DNA of 64,000 bases from assembly GCA_038321865.1 (NCBI GenBank), contig JBBQFH010000014.1:1-64000 (forward strand), read 5' to 3'. How positions within the stretch are numbered: position 1 is the first letter of the stretch; every line of letters starts with the position of its first letter. The notes beneath the pieces are model-generated. The model was given only the letters and a program-made list of their open reading frames with translations. It was not told the origin of the DNA and did not search any database. Source of the DNA: Gemmatimonadales bacterium (GTDB lineage Bacteria; Gemmatimonadota; Gemmatimonadetes; Gemmatimonadales; GWC2-71-9). The position numbers and the translations under genes were made by a program. This document shows positions 40,207 through 53,629 of this stretch, in pieces.

Positions 40207-40767
40207 GTGGCGTCAACGGCGGACTTCCGGAACGGCCTGGTGGTGGACTTCGAAGGAGCCCTCTACCAGATGGTCTACTTTCAGCACGTGAAGCCAGGGA
40301 AGGGCGGCGCGTTCGTTCGGACCAAGTTGAAGAATATCCGCACCGGCGCGGTCATCGATCGCACCTTCAACGCCGGCGAACGGATCCAGGACGTGCGGCT
40401 CGAGCGCCGCAAGATCCAGTATTCCTACGCCGACGGCCACTTCCACCATTTCATGGATCAGCAGACGTTCGACGACATTCCGCTCACGGACGAGATCATC
40501 GGCGCCGATCAGCTCAAGTATCTCAAGGAAGGGATGGAGTGCGAGGGGCTGGTGCACAACGACACGGTCATCCTGCTCGAGCTGCCCGTGTTCGTGGAGC
40601 TCAAGGTGACGCGAACCGATCCGGGCGTCCGGGGCGATACCGCGACCGGCGGCACCAAGCCGGCGCAACTCGAGACCGGTGCGACCGTCCAGGTGCCACT
40701 CTTCATCGAGGAGGGCGAAGTGATCCGGGTGGACCGCCGCGAAGACAAGTACCTGACCCGCGTATGA
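40207..40767 (+). CDS. efp: Elongation factor P
   Basis: HVKPGKGGAFVRTKLKN, PGVRGDTATGGTKPAQLETG, VPLFI. Confidence 0.97.
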   Translation: MASTADFRNGLVVDFEGALYQMVYFQHVKPGKGGAFVRTKLKNIRTGAVIDRTFNAGERIQDVRLERRKIQYSYADGHFHHFMDQQTFDDIPLTDEIIGADQLKYLKEGMECEGLVHNDTVILLELPVFVELKVTRTDPGVRGDTATGGTKPAQLETGATVQVPLFIEEGEVIRVDRREDKYLTRV

Positions 40768-41318
40768 GCGATCCGCACATGAATCCCGACGAGATGCGCC
40801 GGCTGGCCGAGCTGCTGCAGGCGATGCCCGGCATCAAGTCGGTGGACATGAAGGACGTCAAGCGTCTCGCCGAGCTGTTGCGGGATGCCCCGGAGATCGG
40901 GTCCATCGAGCTCAAGGGGTGGTTCGGGACCGGCGTCGTGATCACGCGCACCTCGCAGGCGGTGCCCGGCATGAGCATGCCGATGCAGGCAATGCAGCCG
41001 ATGGCCATGATGCCCGCGGCGGCTGGTTCGGCCGCCGGCCCACCGCGCACGGACGCACTGGCGCCGGCGGCGCATCTCAAGGACATCAAGTCGCCGATGG
41101 TCGGGACGTTCTACAAGTCACCGGAGCCCGGCGCCGACGCCTATGTGAAGGTGGGCAGCCGGGTATCGCCGGGCCAGACGGTCTGCATCATCGAAGCGAT
41201 GAAGATCATGAACGAGATCGAGGCCGAGCTCGCGGGAGTCATCCGGGAGGTGCTCGCGGATGACGCGCAGCCGGTCGAATACGGCCAGGTCCTCTACCGC
41301 GTCGATCCCAATGGCTGA
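40764..41318 (+). CDS. accB: Acetyl-CoA carboxylase biotin carboxyl carrier protein
   Basis: SPMVGTFY, biotinyl motif EAMKIMNEI, VEYGQ. Confidence 0.95.
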   Translation: MSDPHMNPDEMRRLAELLQAMPGIKSVDMKDVKRLAELLRDAPEIGSIELKGWFGTGVVITRTSQAVPGMSMPMQAMQPMAMMPAAAGSAAGPPRTDALAPAAHLKDIKSPMVGTFYKSPEPGADAYVKVGSRVSPGQTVCIIEAMKIMNEIEAELAGVIREVLADDAQPVEYGQVLYRVDPNG

Positions 41319-42498
41319 ACCCGCAAGCGCACCGGCGCCCGCCCCGGCCGGCCAGCCGTTCAACTTCAAGCAGGCTATCTCGCAGCTGGTGCAGCGGGGC
41401 GGCTCCGACCTGCTGCTGAAGGTCGGTCGCGCCCCGACCGTGCGGCTCAACGGCGAGCTGGCGGCGCTGGACATGCACCCGCTCAAGCCGGAGGACCTCA
41501 AGCTCCTCGCCGAGCAGATCATGACGCCGCGGCAGGTGAAAGAGTTTTCCGAGAAGAAGGAAGCCGACTTCGCCATCGGTGTGCCGGGCGTCGGCCGCTT
41601 CCGGACCAACATCTACCAGCAGCGGGGGACGCTGGCGTTCGCCTTCCGGGCGATTCCGTACGAGGTCCGCACCGTGCGGGAGCTGCAGCTGCCGGTCGTC
41701 CTGGAGGAGATTGCGCTGCGCCCGCGCGGCCTGGTGCTCGTCACGGGCATCACCGGTTCGGGCAAGTCCACCGCGCTGGCCGCGCTGATCGACCACATCA
41801 ATCATCACCGTCGCGTGAACGTGATCACGATCGAGGATCCGATCGAGTTCCTCCATCGCGACCAGATGTCGAACATCTCGCAGCGCGAGGTGGGCAGCGA
41901 CACGCTCTCGTTCGCTGCCGCGCTCCGGCACGTGCTGCGCCAGGATCCTGACGTCATCCTGCTGGGCGAAATCCGCGACATGGAAACGCTCGACACCGCC
42001 CTCAAGGCGGCCGACACGGGCCACCTCGTGTTCTCGACGCTGCACACGACCGACGCCACTCAGTCCATCGCCCGGGTGATCTCCTTCTACCCGCCGCACC
42101 AGCACCAGGAGATCCGGTCGCTCCTGTCCACCGCCCTGCAGGCGATCATCTCGCTGCGCCTCGTGCCGCGGAAGGACGGGCGCGGCCGGGTGCCGGCCGC
42201 CGAAATCCTGATCAACTCCGCGGCCGTAGCGGACAACATCCGCGATATCGAGAAGGCGCTCAACATCCCCGATCTGATCGCCGAAGGCACGGTGTCCTAC
42301 GGCATGCAGTCGTTCGACCAGTCGCTGATGCAGTGGTTCAAGGATGGCATCGTGTCGTATGAGAGCGCGCTCTTCTACGCCAGCAATCCGAGCGAATTCG
42401 CGCTGCGGGCCTCCGGGATCAACTCGGCGTCCGATCGCACGTTCACCGAGATCACCGGAAACCAGGCGGCCGGGCGCTCCGGGGACTTCACGCCCTGA
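41311..42498 (+). CDS. PilT/PilU family type IV pilus retraction ATPase
   Basis: [11 protein letters not shown], Walker [10 protein letters not shown], Asp box TIEDPIE, Walker B LLGEIRD, His box [19 protein letters not shown]. Confidence 0.93.
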   Translation: MAEPASAPAPAPAGQPFNFKQAISQLVQRGGSDLLLKVGRAPTVRLNGELAALDMHPLKPEDLKLLAEQIMTPRQVKEFSEKKEADFAIGVPGVGRFRTNIYQQRGTLAFAFRAIPYEVRTVRELQLPVVLEEIALRPRGLVLVTGITGSGKSTALAALIDHINHHRRVNVITIEDPIEFLHRDQMSNISQREVGSDTLSFAAALRHVLRQDPDVILLGEIRDMETLDTALKAADTGHLVFSTLHTTDATQSIARVISFYPPHQHQEIRSLLSTALQAIISLRLVPRKDGRGRVPAAEILINSAAVADNIRDIEKALNIPDLIAEGTVSYGMQSFDQSLMQWFKDGIVSYESALFYASNPSEFALRASGINSASDRTFTEITGNQAAGRSGDFTP

Positions 42499-43856
42499 TG
42501 TTCAAGAAGGTCCTGATCGCGAACCGCGGCGAGATCGCCCTGCGGGTCATCCGGGCGTGCCGCGAGCTTGGCGTCCAGACGGTCGCCGTCTACAGCGAGG
42601 CCGATCGGGAATCGCTGCACGTGCGCTTCGCCGATGACGACGTGTGCATCGGCCCGCCGCCCAGCCGCCTGTCCTACCTCAGGATCCCCGCCCTCATCGC
42701 CGCCGCCGAGATCACCGGTGCGGACGCGATTCATCCGGGTTACGGCTTCCTGGCCGAAAACGCGGAATTCGCGGATACCTGCAAGGCGTCGAACATCACG
42801 TTCATCGGCCCCACCGGCGATCAGATCCGCCAGATGGGCGACAAGGCCACCGCCCGGCGCCTGGCGCAGGAGGCCGGCGTTCCCACCGTGCCCGGATCGC
42901 CGGGGACGATCGAGGACGTCGACGAGGCCCTGGCCTTCGCCGAGTCGATCGGCTTTCCCGTCATCATCAAGGCGACCGCCGGCGGAGGCGGGAAGGGGAT
43001 GCGGATCTCCACCGACCGCGACCAGGTCGCCCAGCTGTTCGGGCTGGCGCAGAACGAGGCATTGAGCGCGTTCGGGAACGGGGCCGTCTACGTGGAGAAG
43101 TACCTGGAGCGTCCCCGTCACGTCGAGATTCAGGTCCTCGGTGACGAACACGGCCGGGTCGTGCACCTCGGCGAGCGGGACTGCTCCGTGCAGCGCCGGC
43201 ACCAGAAGCTCATCGAGGAGAGTCCGAGTCCCGCCCTGGATACCGCGCTGCGCGAGCGGATGGGCAACGCCGCCGTCGCGCTCGCGTCGAACATCGGCTA
43301 CGTCGGGGCCGGCACCGTCGAATTTCTGCTGGACACCGACGGCAGCTTCTATTTCATGGAGATGAATACCCGGATCCAGGTCGAGCATCCGGTGACCGAA
43401 ATGGTCACCAGCTTCGATCTGGTCAAGGACCAGATCCGTGTCGCGGCGGGCGAGCCGCTGAGCTTCAACGGCGACGGCCGCCGCCTTCGCGGTCACGCCA
43501 TCGAGTGCCGCATCAATGCGGAGGATCCGTACCGCAACTTCCAGCCGTCGCCCGGGCTCATCACGGCCTACCATCCGCCCGGCGGGCCCGGTGTGCGCGT
43601 GGACACCCACGTCTACGCCGGCTACACCGTGCCGCCCTACTACGATTCGCTGCTGGCCAAGGTCATCGTCCACGGGAACGACCGTGCCGAAGCGCTCAGC
43701 CGCATGGGCCAGGCGCTCGACAGCTTCATCCTCGAAGGCGTGACGACCACGATTCCGTTTCTCGCGCGCGTCATCCGGCATCCCGACTTCGCCGCCGGAC
43801 ACGTCGACACCCGCTTTCTGGAGCGCGAGCCGCAGCTGCTGAAGCCGGAAGCATGA
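42498..43856 (+). CDS. accC: Acetyl-CoA carboxylase biotin carboxylase subunit
   Basis: [56 protein letters not shown]. Confidence 0.97.
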   Translation: MFKKVLIANRGEIALRVIRACRELGVQTVAVYSEADRESLHVRFADDDVCIGPPPSRLSYLRIPALIAAAEITGADAIHPGYGFLAENAEFADTCKASNITFIGPTGDQIRQMGDKATARRLAQEAGVPTVPGSPGTIEDVDEALAFAESIGFPVIIKATAGGGGKGMRISTDRDQVAQLFGLAQNEALSAFGNGAVYVEKYLERPRHVEIQVLGDEHGRVVHLGERDCSVQRRHQKLIEESPSPALDTALRERMGNAAVALASNIGYVGAGTVEFLLDTDGSFYFMEMNTRIQVEHPVTEMVTSFDLVKDQIRVAAGEPLSFNGDGRRLRGHAIECRINAEDPYRNFQPSPGLITAYHPPGGPGVRVDTHVYAGYTVPPYYDSLLAKVIVHGNDRAEALSRMGQALDSFILEGVTTTIPFLARVIRHPDFAAGHVDTRFLEREPQLLKPEA

Positions 43857-44596
43857 GGCTCGACGTCGTCTTCAGTCCCCAGGGCCTGCTCCCCGCCGAG
43901 GTGGCCGGGCGCACCGTCTTCGTCATCGACATTCTCCGCGCCACTACCGCGATGTGCGCCGCGCTGGCCCATGGGGCAAAGGCGGTCATCCCGGTCGCGT
44001 CGAGCGAGGAGGCTGTCCGGATGGCGCAGAACATCGGCAGCGATGACGTGCTTTTGGCGGGCGAGCGGAACTGCGTCCGGATTCCGGGATTCGCGCTCGG
44101 CAACAGCCCGCTGGAAATGACCGGCGACGCCGTTCGCGGCAAGACGATCATCATGACCACGACGAACGGCACTCAGGCCATGCTGGGCACCCAGGGCGCC
44201 GCCGCGGTCTACGCGGCGGCGGCGGTCAACCTGTCGCTGGCCGGCGCTGCGGCACACGCCGCCCTGCTGGACCAGCGCGACATCCTCATCGTCTGCGCCG
44301 GCCGGGACGGTGCCTTCTCCCTCGACGATGCCTATGCCGCCGGCCGTCTCGCCGTCGCCGCACTTGGCGGCCGGAAGCCGCGCAAAGGACTCAACGACGC
44401 CGCGCTCGCGTCGCTCGACCTGGTCCGCCGCTATGGCGAGCACTGGCTCCGCCCGCTGACGTACAGCCGTGCCGGACGGGAGCTGATCCGCCTGGGCTTC
44501 CGGGCCGATGTCGAGGATGCGGCGCGGCTCGACGTGTATCCGATTCTGCCGCGGCTGCACGATCGCCGCGTCACCGCGATGCCCGCCGCCGCATGA
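43853..44596 (+). CDS. comB: 2-phosphosulfolactate phosphatase family protein
   Basis: [38 protein letters not shown]. Confidence 0.88.
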   Translation: MRLDVVFSPQGLLPAEVAGRTVFVIDILRATTAMCAALAHGAKAVIPVASSEEAVRMAQNIGSDDVLLAGERNCVRIPGFALGNSPLEMTGDAVRGKTIIMTTTNGTQAMLGTQGAAAVYAAAAVNLSLAGAAAHAALLDQRDILIVCAGRDGAFSLDDAYAAGRLAVAALGGRKPRKGLNDAALASLDLVRRYGEHWLRPLTYSRAGRELIRLGFRADVEDAARLDVYPILPRLHDRRVTAMPAAA

Positions 44597-46863
44597 CCGG
44601 CGACTTCCGCCGCCGGCTCGGCGCGATCAGCGCGCTGGTCCTCGGCTTCTTCCTCGGGCTCACGCTCCTGCCCGGCGGATTCGCCGGGCCCTTTGGGGAG
44701 CGCGTCGGGACGACGCTCAAGTCCGCGCTGGGAATCGGCGCGCTGGGTTTCCCGCTGCTCGGGATCGGCGTGGCCCTCGCGGGCTTCGATCGGCTCCCGC
44801 GGCTCGACATGAAGCGCGCCGGCGTGCTGGTGGCGGGACTCTCGCTCCTGGTGCCCTGCTTCCTCGGGCTCCTCCTCGTGGCCCAGTTGGGCGATCACCG
44901 CTTTCCCCCGAATATCGAGACCGCCTCCGCCACCGCGCGCGCAGTCGGCTGGATTCCCGGTGGGATCAGCAGCACCCTCTACGACAGTATCGGACTCGGC
45001 GGGGGGCTGCTCGTGTGGTTTCTGGCACTGTCCGCGCTGACCCTCGGCACCTTCGCCTGGCATCCGCTCCAGCGCCTGGAGCGGCCCGGCGAGGCGGTGC
45101 CCGAGTTCGCCGAACCGGAGGAGCCCGGCCGTCCGCGTCGCCAGAAACGCCCGCCGCTGGTCGCGGCGCTGACCGAGCCGGACCGGGCCGAGGCGGAGAT
45201 GCAGAAGCCGGACAAGGCCGAGCGGGCCGGCAAGGAAAACGGCCGCAAGGCGCGAAAGGCGCCCGACGGGCGCAAGCCGGCGATCGTCGCGGAGCCGGAC
45301 CGGGACGCGGTCTGGGACGTGACGCTGCTGGAGCCGCCGAAGACGAAGGCCATCGACGCCGGCGAGGCCGAGCTGAATGCGCTCCAGGAGCGCCTGGCGG
45401 CCACGCTGAGCGAGTTCAAGGTCGAGGGTGACATCGCCGGGCGGACCACGGGTCCGGTGGTCACCCAGTACGGCGTGCGCCTGCGGCCCGGCGTCAAGAT
45501 GAACCGGCTGGTGGCGCTGGCGGACGATCTCGCGCTCAAGATGTCCGCCCGCTCGATCCGGGTGGCCCGCATTCCCGGCCGGGACATGGTCGGCGTCGAG
45601 ATCCCCAATCCGAAGGCGCGAGTGGTGGTGCTTCGCGAGCTGCTGGAGGCGCCCGACTGGGATGGCGAGGAGCGGCTGCTTCCGGTGGCGCTGGGGCTCG
45701 ATCTTGAAGGCCGGGCGATCGTCGCCGACCTGGCCAAGATGCCGCACCTGCTGATCGCCGGCGCGACGGGCACCGGCAAGTCGGTCGGGATCAACGCCAT
45801 CATCACGTCGCTGATCTACCGCTACCAGCACAAGGAGGATCTGCGCTTCCTGATGATCGACCCCAAGATGGTCGAGCTGTCGATGTACAAGGACCTGCCG
45901 CACCTGCGCCACCCGGTCGTCACCAACAACAAGGAAGCGGCGAAGGTGCTCAAGTGGGCGGTCGGCGAGATGGACCGCCGCTACACCCTGCTCGAGGCCA
46001 ACGGTGCCCGGAACCTGGCCGACTTCAACCGGAAGGTGTCGGACGCCAAGCCGCTGCGAAATCCCGGGCCGCGGAAGGTCACGCTGACCGAGATCAGCGC
46101 CGAGGAGACCAGCTCGCCGCCGCCGGCGCCGAGCGAGGAGGCGTACACCGGCGGACGCCTGCCGCTGATCGTCGTCATCGTGGACGAGCTTGCCGACCTG
46201 ATGATGACGGTGCAGGCGGAAGTCGAGACGCCACTGGCCCGGCTGGCGCAGAAGGCGCGTGCCATCGGCATTCACCTGATCCTCGCGACCCAGCGCCCGT
46301 CGGTGAATGTGATCACCGGCCTCATCAAGGCCAATTTCCCCAGCCGCGTCGCCTTCCGGGTGGCGTCCAAGGTGGACAGCCGCACGATCCTCGACGGCAA
46401 CGGCGCCGAAGCGCTGCTGGGCAAGGGCGACATGCTGTTCCTGGAGCCCGGCAAGAGCGAGCCGATCCGTCTGCAGGGCGCCTATATCTCCACGGAGGAG
46501 ACGGAGGCGATCATGGAGACCTATCGCCTGCGTCGGGAAAAACTCGACCGTGACGGCCTCGTGGAAGCCGCCGAGAGCGACATCCTGCTCGAAGTGCCGG
46601 ATGACGGCGAGGGAAGCGGCGCGCCCGGCGGGTCGGGCGATGCCGCCGACCGCGACGAGAAGCTCCGCGAAGCCGCCGAGGTCTGCATCCAGAATCAGGG
46701 CGGCTCCACGTCGCTACTGCAGCGGAAGCTCGGCATCGGCTATGGCCGTGCCGCCCGGATCATCGATCAGCTCGAGGATGCCGGCATCCTGGGCCCACCG
46801 CACGGGAGCAAGCCCCGGGATGTGCGGGTCGGGCTCGACATGCTCGACGAGTACATGAAGTAG
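44593..46863 (+). CDS. ftsK: DNA translocase FtsK
   Basis: N-terminal TMs, MPHLLIAGATGTGKS, IVDELADLM, ATQRPSV, GKGDMLF, gamma domain LQRKLGIGYGRAAR. Confidence 0.96.
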   Translation: MTGDFRRRLGAISALVLGFFLGLTLLPGGFAGPFGERVGTTLKSALGIGALGFPLLGIGVALAGFDRLPRLDMKRAGVLVAGLSLLVPCFLGLLLVAQLGDHRFPPNIETASATARAVGWIPGGISSTLYDSIGLGGGLLVWFLALSALTLGTFAWHPLQRLERPGEAVPEFAEPEEPGRPRRQKRPPLVAALTEPDRAEAEMQKPDKAERAGKENGRKARKAPDGRKPAIVAEPDRDAVWDVTLLEPPKTKAIDAGEAELNALQERLAATLSEFKVEGDIAGRTTGPVVTQYGVRLRPGVKMNRLVALADDLALKMSARSIRVARIPGRDMVGVEIPNPKARVVVLRELLEAPDWDGEERLLPVALGLDLEGRAIVADLAKMPHLLIAGATGTGKSVGINAIITSLIYRYQHKEDLRFLMIDPKMVELSMYKDLPHLRHPVVTNNKEAAKVLKWAVGEMDRRYTLLEANGARNLADFNRKVSDAKPLRNPGPRKVTLTEISAEETSSPPPAPSEEAYTGGRLPLIVVIVDELADLMMTVQAEVETPLARLAQKARAIGIHLILATQRPSVNVITGLIKANFPSRVAFRVASKVDSRTILDGNGAEALLGKGDMLFLEPGKSEPIRLQGAYISTEETEAIMETYRLRREKLDRDGLVEAAESDILLEVPDDGEGSGAPGGSGDAADRDEKLREAAEVCIQNQGGSTSLLQRKLGIGYGRAARIIDQLEDAGILGPPHGSKPRDVRVGLDMLDEYMK

Positions 46864-46933
46864 CCCGTCGTTCCGCTTCGCCCCGCATTTGTTCGATGCG
46901 GGCCCGCCGCTACCCAGTGCCTAGCTTCGCCTC

Positions 46934-47353
46934 ATGTCCGCCCCTCGTCACTTCATTCCGGCCGCCCAGTGGTCCGATCCCCGGCACGTCCGCGGGCTCC
47001 GCGGCGAGCGTGTGGCGCTCGCCTTTCTCACGGCCTGCGGCTGGCGGATCGAAGCGCACCGGTTCCGGCTGGGCCGCCACGACGTGGACCTGGTCGCGCG
47101 CCGGGGCGAGGTGATCGCCTTCGTCGAGGTGAAGACCCGGGTCGGTGCGGCGTTCGGGGTAGCTGCTGAAGCGGTGGGCTGGAGGAAGCGGCGGGCGATC
47201 GCGAAGGTGGCGGAGGTCTGGCGGCAGCGGCACGGCCGGCCAGCCGACGTCTACCGGTTCGACCTGGTTTCGGTGTACCAGCGGCCGGGCGTCGCCGATT
47301 CGGTGGATCATATACCGGATGCCTGGCGGCTTGGCGAGGCGTATCGCAGGTGA
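46934..47353 (+). CDS. YraN family (UPF0102) nuclease-like protein
   Basis: GLRGERVA, DVDLVA, FVEVKTR, RFDLVSV. Confidence 0.88.
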   Translation: MSAPRHFIPAAQWSDPRHVRGLRGERVALAFLTACGWRIEAHRFRLGRHDVDLVARRGEVIAFVEVKTRVGAAFGVAAEAVGWRKRRAIAKVAEVWRQRHGRPADVYRFDLVSVYQRPGVADSVDHIPDAWRLGEAYRR

Positions 47354-47378
47354 CTCAAAACGCTCCACAACTTGCCTA

Positions 47379-47407
47379 TTGCTTCGGTGTCACTTCGGTA
47401 TTAGCTT
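47379..47407 (+). promoter_or_regulatory. Putative recA promoter with overlapping direct-repeat operator
   Basis: TTGCTT-17-TAGCTT. CTTCGGT-N4-CTTCGGT (47382-47399) covers the -35 and spacer. Confidence 0.6.
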
Positions 47408-47458
47408 GCTGTATGTAACAAAGTGTCGCACAATCGGTCACTCTCACGTGAGGTTCGT

Positions 47459-48508
47459 ATGGCTGAAGAAACCCGTCTCGAAGCCGATCGCCGGAAAGCG
47501 CTCGGTCTGGCCATCTCCCAGATCGAGAAGCAGCTCGGCAAGGGCTCCATCATGCGCATGGGCGCCGACACCCCGCGTGTGAAGGTCGGGTGCATCCCCA
47601 CCGGGGCCATCAACCTCGATGCCGCCATCGGGATCGGCGGGGTGCCGCGCGGACGGATCACCGAGATCTACGGTCCGGAGTCCTCCGGCAAGACCACCCT
47701 CACCCTCCATCTCGCCGCCAACGTGCAGCGCCTCGGCGGTGTGGCCGCCTACGTGGACGCGGAGCATGCGCTCGACATCGAGTACGCCAAGAAGCTCGGC
47801 GTCAACATCGAGGACCTGCTGGTGTCGCAGCCCGATACCGGTGAGCAGGCGCTCGAGATCGTGGAGATCCTGGTGCGTTCGGGCGCGGTGGATCTCGTGG
47901 TGATCGATTCGGTGGCCGCGCTGGTCCCCAAGGCCGAAATCGAAGGCGAAATGGGCGACAGCCATGTCGGCCTCCAGGCGCGACTGATGAGCCAGGCACT
48001 CCGGAAGCTGGCCGGCGCCATCAACCGCTCCAACTGCTCGGTGGTGTTCATCAATCAGCTGCGCGAAAAGATCGGGGTCATGTTCGGCAATCCCGAGACC
48101 ACGACCGGCGGCAAGGCACTCAAGTTCTACGCGTCGATCCGGCTGGACATTCGCCGCATCGGGCCGGTGAAGGACAAGGAGGTCGTGGTCGGCAACCATG
48201 TGCGGGTGAAGGTGGTGAAGAACAAGGTCGCGCCGCCGTTCCGCCAGGCCGAGTTCGACATCATGTTCGACGAGGGCATCAGCCATTCGTCTCTCCTCGT
48301 CGATCTGGCGTCCGAGGCCAACATCATCCAGAAGTCGGGCGCCTGGTATTCCTACGGCGACCAGCGCATCGGGCAGGGCCGCGAGAACGCGAAGCTCTTC
48401 CTCAAGGACAATCCGGCGCTGATGGCCGAAGTCGAGGAGAAGGTGAAGGAGCTGCTGGGCATGAAGGCCGTGGTGGGGGCGGGCGTCGGCGAGGATGGCG
48501 ACGAGTAA
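47459..48508 (+). CDS. recA: Recombinase RecA
   Basis: [49 protein letters not shown]. Confidence 0.99.
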   Translation: MAEETRLEADRRKALGLAISQIEKQLGKGSIMRMGADTPRVKVGCIPTGAINLDAAIGIGGVPRGRITEIYGPESSGKTTLTLHLAANVQRLGGVAAYVDAEHALDIEYAKKLGVNIEDLLVSQPDTGEQALEIVEILVRSGAVDLVVIDSVAALVPKAEIEGEMGDSHVGLQARLMSQALRKLAGAINRSNCSVVFINQLREKIGVMFGNPETTTGGKALKFYASIRLDIRRIGPVKDKEVVVGNHVRVKVVKNKVAPPFRQAEFDIMFDEGISHSSLLVDLASEANIIQKSGAWYSYGDQRIGQGRENAKLFLKDNPALMAEVEEKVKELLGMKAVVGAGVGEDGDE

Positions 48509-49160
48509 CCCCGAAGTTCTGCGTCCCGAGGGGCGGATCACGTCCCTCGAGACCGACCCCCGCCGGGGCGGCAGCATCCGGATCCATGTCGCCGGTCGGC
48601 CCTACTGCACCGTTCCGGCCGACATCGTGGCCGCAGAGCGGCTGCGCGAGGGCGAGACGATCTCCGAGGCCCAGCATGACCGGCTGAGTGCGGCAGCCGA
48701 TGCCGAGGCGGCGTTTCGGACGGCGCTCCGGTCGCTGGAGGCCCGCGCTCACGCTCGAACCGACCTGGCTCGGAAACTCGTGCGCAAGGGCCACCCGCGG
48801 CCGGCTGTGGACGCGGCGGTGGAGCGGGTCGCCGACCTCGGGCTCCTCGACGACGCCGTGTTCGCGGCTGACTTCGTGCGTACCCGCTCGTCGCGGGGCC
48901 GCGGCCCCGCGCGGCTGATGCGCGACCTGATGGTCATGGGTGTCGAACGGTCGCTGGTCGACGCGGCCATCGCGGCGCAGTGGCCGGAGGGCACCGACGA
49001 TTCCGAGGTGCCGTTCGCGCTCGCCACCCGGCGCGCCGGCCAGCTTGGCAACCTGCCGCGGCCGGTCAAGCGCCGGAGGCTGCTCGCGTTTCTGGCGCGC
49101 CGCGGATACAGCGGCCGCACGGTTAGCGCCGTCGTCTCCAGGGTGCTGAGCGACGCCTGA
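48495..49160 (+). CDS. recX: Regulatory protein RecX
   Basis: Follows rec[29 protein letters not shown]. Confidence 0.88.
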   Translation: MATSNPEVLRPEGRITSLETDPRRGGSIRIHVAGRPYCTVPADIVAAERLREGETISEAQHDRLSAAADAEAAFRTALRSLEARAHARTDLARKLVRKGHPRPAVDAAVERVADLGLLDDAVFAADFVRTRSSRGRGPARLMRDLMVMGVERSLVDAAIAAQWPEGTDDSEVPFALATRRAGQLGNLPRPVKRRRLLAFLARRGYSGRTVSAVVSRVLSDA

Positions 49161-49200
49161 TCCGTTTGTCCTTCCGCCCGGGGCGCCTATATTTGGCCCC

Positions 49201-51815
<2,615 letters not shown>

Positions 51816-51819
<4 letters not shown>

Positions 51820-52115
51820 CCCTCGACGACGGCTGGCTCGCCGCCCACACGGCTGCGGCACCGCGAGTGCTTCGGGAGCGCGTTGCCGCGTACGCGGCGG
51901 CGGAGGGCGGCGACTGGCCGGCCCGGCTTGCGGCGGCCGGCCGGAGCGCGCTGGGCCATGTTCTCGCGCATCCGGGTGACCGATCCGTCGCGCTCGATCT
52001 GCTGGCGGCGGATGGCCTCATCACTCTGGCGCTGCTGGCGCAGGCCGAGTCCGGCCCGGCACAGCTCGGCGCGACGGCCGCGGCGCTGCTTGAAGCCGGG
52101 GCTCGGCGAGGGTGA
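51816..52115 (+). CDS. Hypothetical helical protein (about 99 aa)
   Basis: Fills the gap exactly, with GTGA overlaps to alaS and to the next gene. Contains ALDLLAADGLITLA. Confidence 0.6.
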
Positions 52116-52879
52116 TCGACCTCCACTCCCACCTGCTCCCCGGCGTGGACGATGGCTCGCGAACGGTCGGGCAGTCGGTCGGCGTTCTGCGGGAGCTCGC
52201 CGCCGCCGGACTGACAGACATCTGCCTGACGCCCCACCTGCTCGCCAGCGAAGCGGCGCAGGGTGTTCCAGCCGCGCACGACCGCGCCTTCGCCGCCCTC
52301 AGCTGCGTGGCACCGGCAGAGATTCGCCTCCACCGGGGCGCGGAGGTGATGCTGGACCGTCCGCTCTCGGCCGATGCGGCCGCCAATCCCGCCATCCGGA
52401 TTGCCGGGACCCGATATGTCCTGGTCGAATTCTCCCGCATCGTGCCGGTCCACACCGTGGAGGCCGCACTCCGCATGGTGGGAGGTCTGGAATTGATCCC
52501 GCTCCTCGCCCATCCGGAGCGGTACAGCTCCTGCTCGCCGGCCGCGGCGAGGCGCTGGCGAGCCGCGGGCGCGGTGCTGCAGCTCGATGCGACGACGCTG
52601 TTCGCGCAGCAGGCTCGCGGCGAGCGCGCCCGGGCGCTGCTGGCTGCGGGCCTGGGCGACATCGTGGCGGGAGACAACCACGGCGACGACCGGTCGCTTG
52701 CGGCGATCCGCGCGGCGTTGATCGAGCAGCACGCCGATGAGCAGGCCGCGCTGCTCACCGAGGGGAACCCGCGCGCCATTCTGGAAGGCCGTCCGACCGA
52801 GCAGGTCGAACCGGTCACCCTCCGGATCTCATGGGCCCGTCGTCTCCGCGGCCTCTTCGACGCCGGTGAGGGCGTATGA
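52112..52879 (+). CDS. CpsB/CapC-family PHP protein-tyrosine phosphatase
   Basis: IDLHSHLLPGVDDGS, LTPH, GAEV, LVEF, LAHPERY, GDNH. Confidence 0.88.
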   Translation: MIDLHSHLLPGVDDGSRTVGQSVGVLRELAAAGLTDICLTPHLLASEAAQGVPAAHDRAFAALSCVAPAEIRLHRGAEVMLDRPLSADAAANPAIRIAGTRYVLVEFSRIVPVHTVEAALRMVGGLELIPLLAHPERYSSCSPAAARRWRAAGAVLQLDATTLFAQQARGERARALLAAGLGDIVAGDNHGDDRSLAAIRAALIEQHADEQAALLTEGNPRAILEGRPTEQVEPVTLRISWARRLRGLFDAGEGV

Positions 52880-53628
52880 TCGATCTTTCGGGCCGAACGG
52901 CCCTCGTCACCGGCGGCTCGCGCGGCGTGGGGCGAGCCGCCGCCCTGCTGCTGGCTCGCGCCGGCGCCGACGTGGCCCTCACCTACAACACCCGCGCAGA
53001 CGAAGCCGAGTCCGCCGCCCGGCAGATTCGAGCAGCCGGCCGGCGAGCCTACGTCGCGGGCGGGGACCTCACCGACATCAAGGTGGTGGACCGCGTCTTC
53101 AGCGGCGTCCGCGGCGAATTCGGGCGACTCGACATCTTCGTTGCGAACGCCGGGGTGTGGCCCGCCGAAGAACTGCCGGTCTCGCGGATGCCGACCGCCC
53201 GGTGGCGCTCGACCATGTCGGCCAATCTGGACGCCGTGTTCACCACGGTACGGGCCGCGCTGCAGCTCATGAGTGACGGCGGCACCATCGTCCTGGTGTC
53301 GAGCACGGCCGCGCAACGGGGCGAGGCGCAGCATGCGGATTATGCGGCCACCAAGGGCGCGCTGATCGCGCTCACCAAGTCTCTCGCCATCGAGTGCGCC
53401 CCGGCGATCACCGTGAATTGTGTAGCGCCCGGCTGGGTGGACACGGAGATGACTGCGGCCGTGCTCACCGGCGGGCGGCGGGATGAGGTGGCGGCCAGCA
53501 TTCCACTCGGCCGCATCGCCACGGCGGACGACATCGCCGGGCCCATCCTGTTTCTCTGCAGCCCGCTGGCCCGACACCTGACGGGCGAGGTCCTGAACGT
53601 CAACGGTGGGAGCGTCCTCTGCGGATGA
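52876..53628 (+). CDS. SDR family oxidoreductase (FabG-like)
   Basis: TGGSRGVG, NAG, YAATK, NCVAPGWVDT, VNGG. Confidence 0.9.
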   Translation: MIDLSGRTALVTGGSRGVGRAAALLLARAGADVALTYNTRADEAESAARQIRAAGRRAYVAGGDLTDIKVVDRVFSGVRGEFGRLDIFVANAGVWPAEELPVSRMPTARWRSTMSANLDAVFTTVRAALQLMSDGGTIVLVSSTAAQRGEAQHADYAATKGALIALTKSLAIECAPAITVNCVAPGWVDTEMTAAVLTGGRRDEVAASIPLGRIATADDIAGPILFLCSPLARHLTGEVLNVNGGSVLCG

Positions 53629-53629
53629 A

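Noticed and set aside
43853..44596. comB as evidence for coenzyme M biosynthesis
   Set aside because: Stand-alone ComB-family phosphatases are common in bacteria, and no comA/C/D/E genes are present here.
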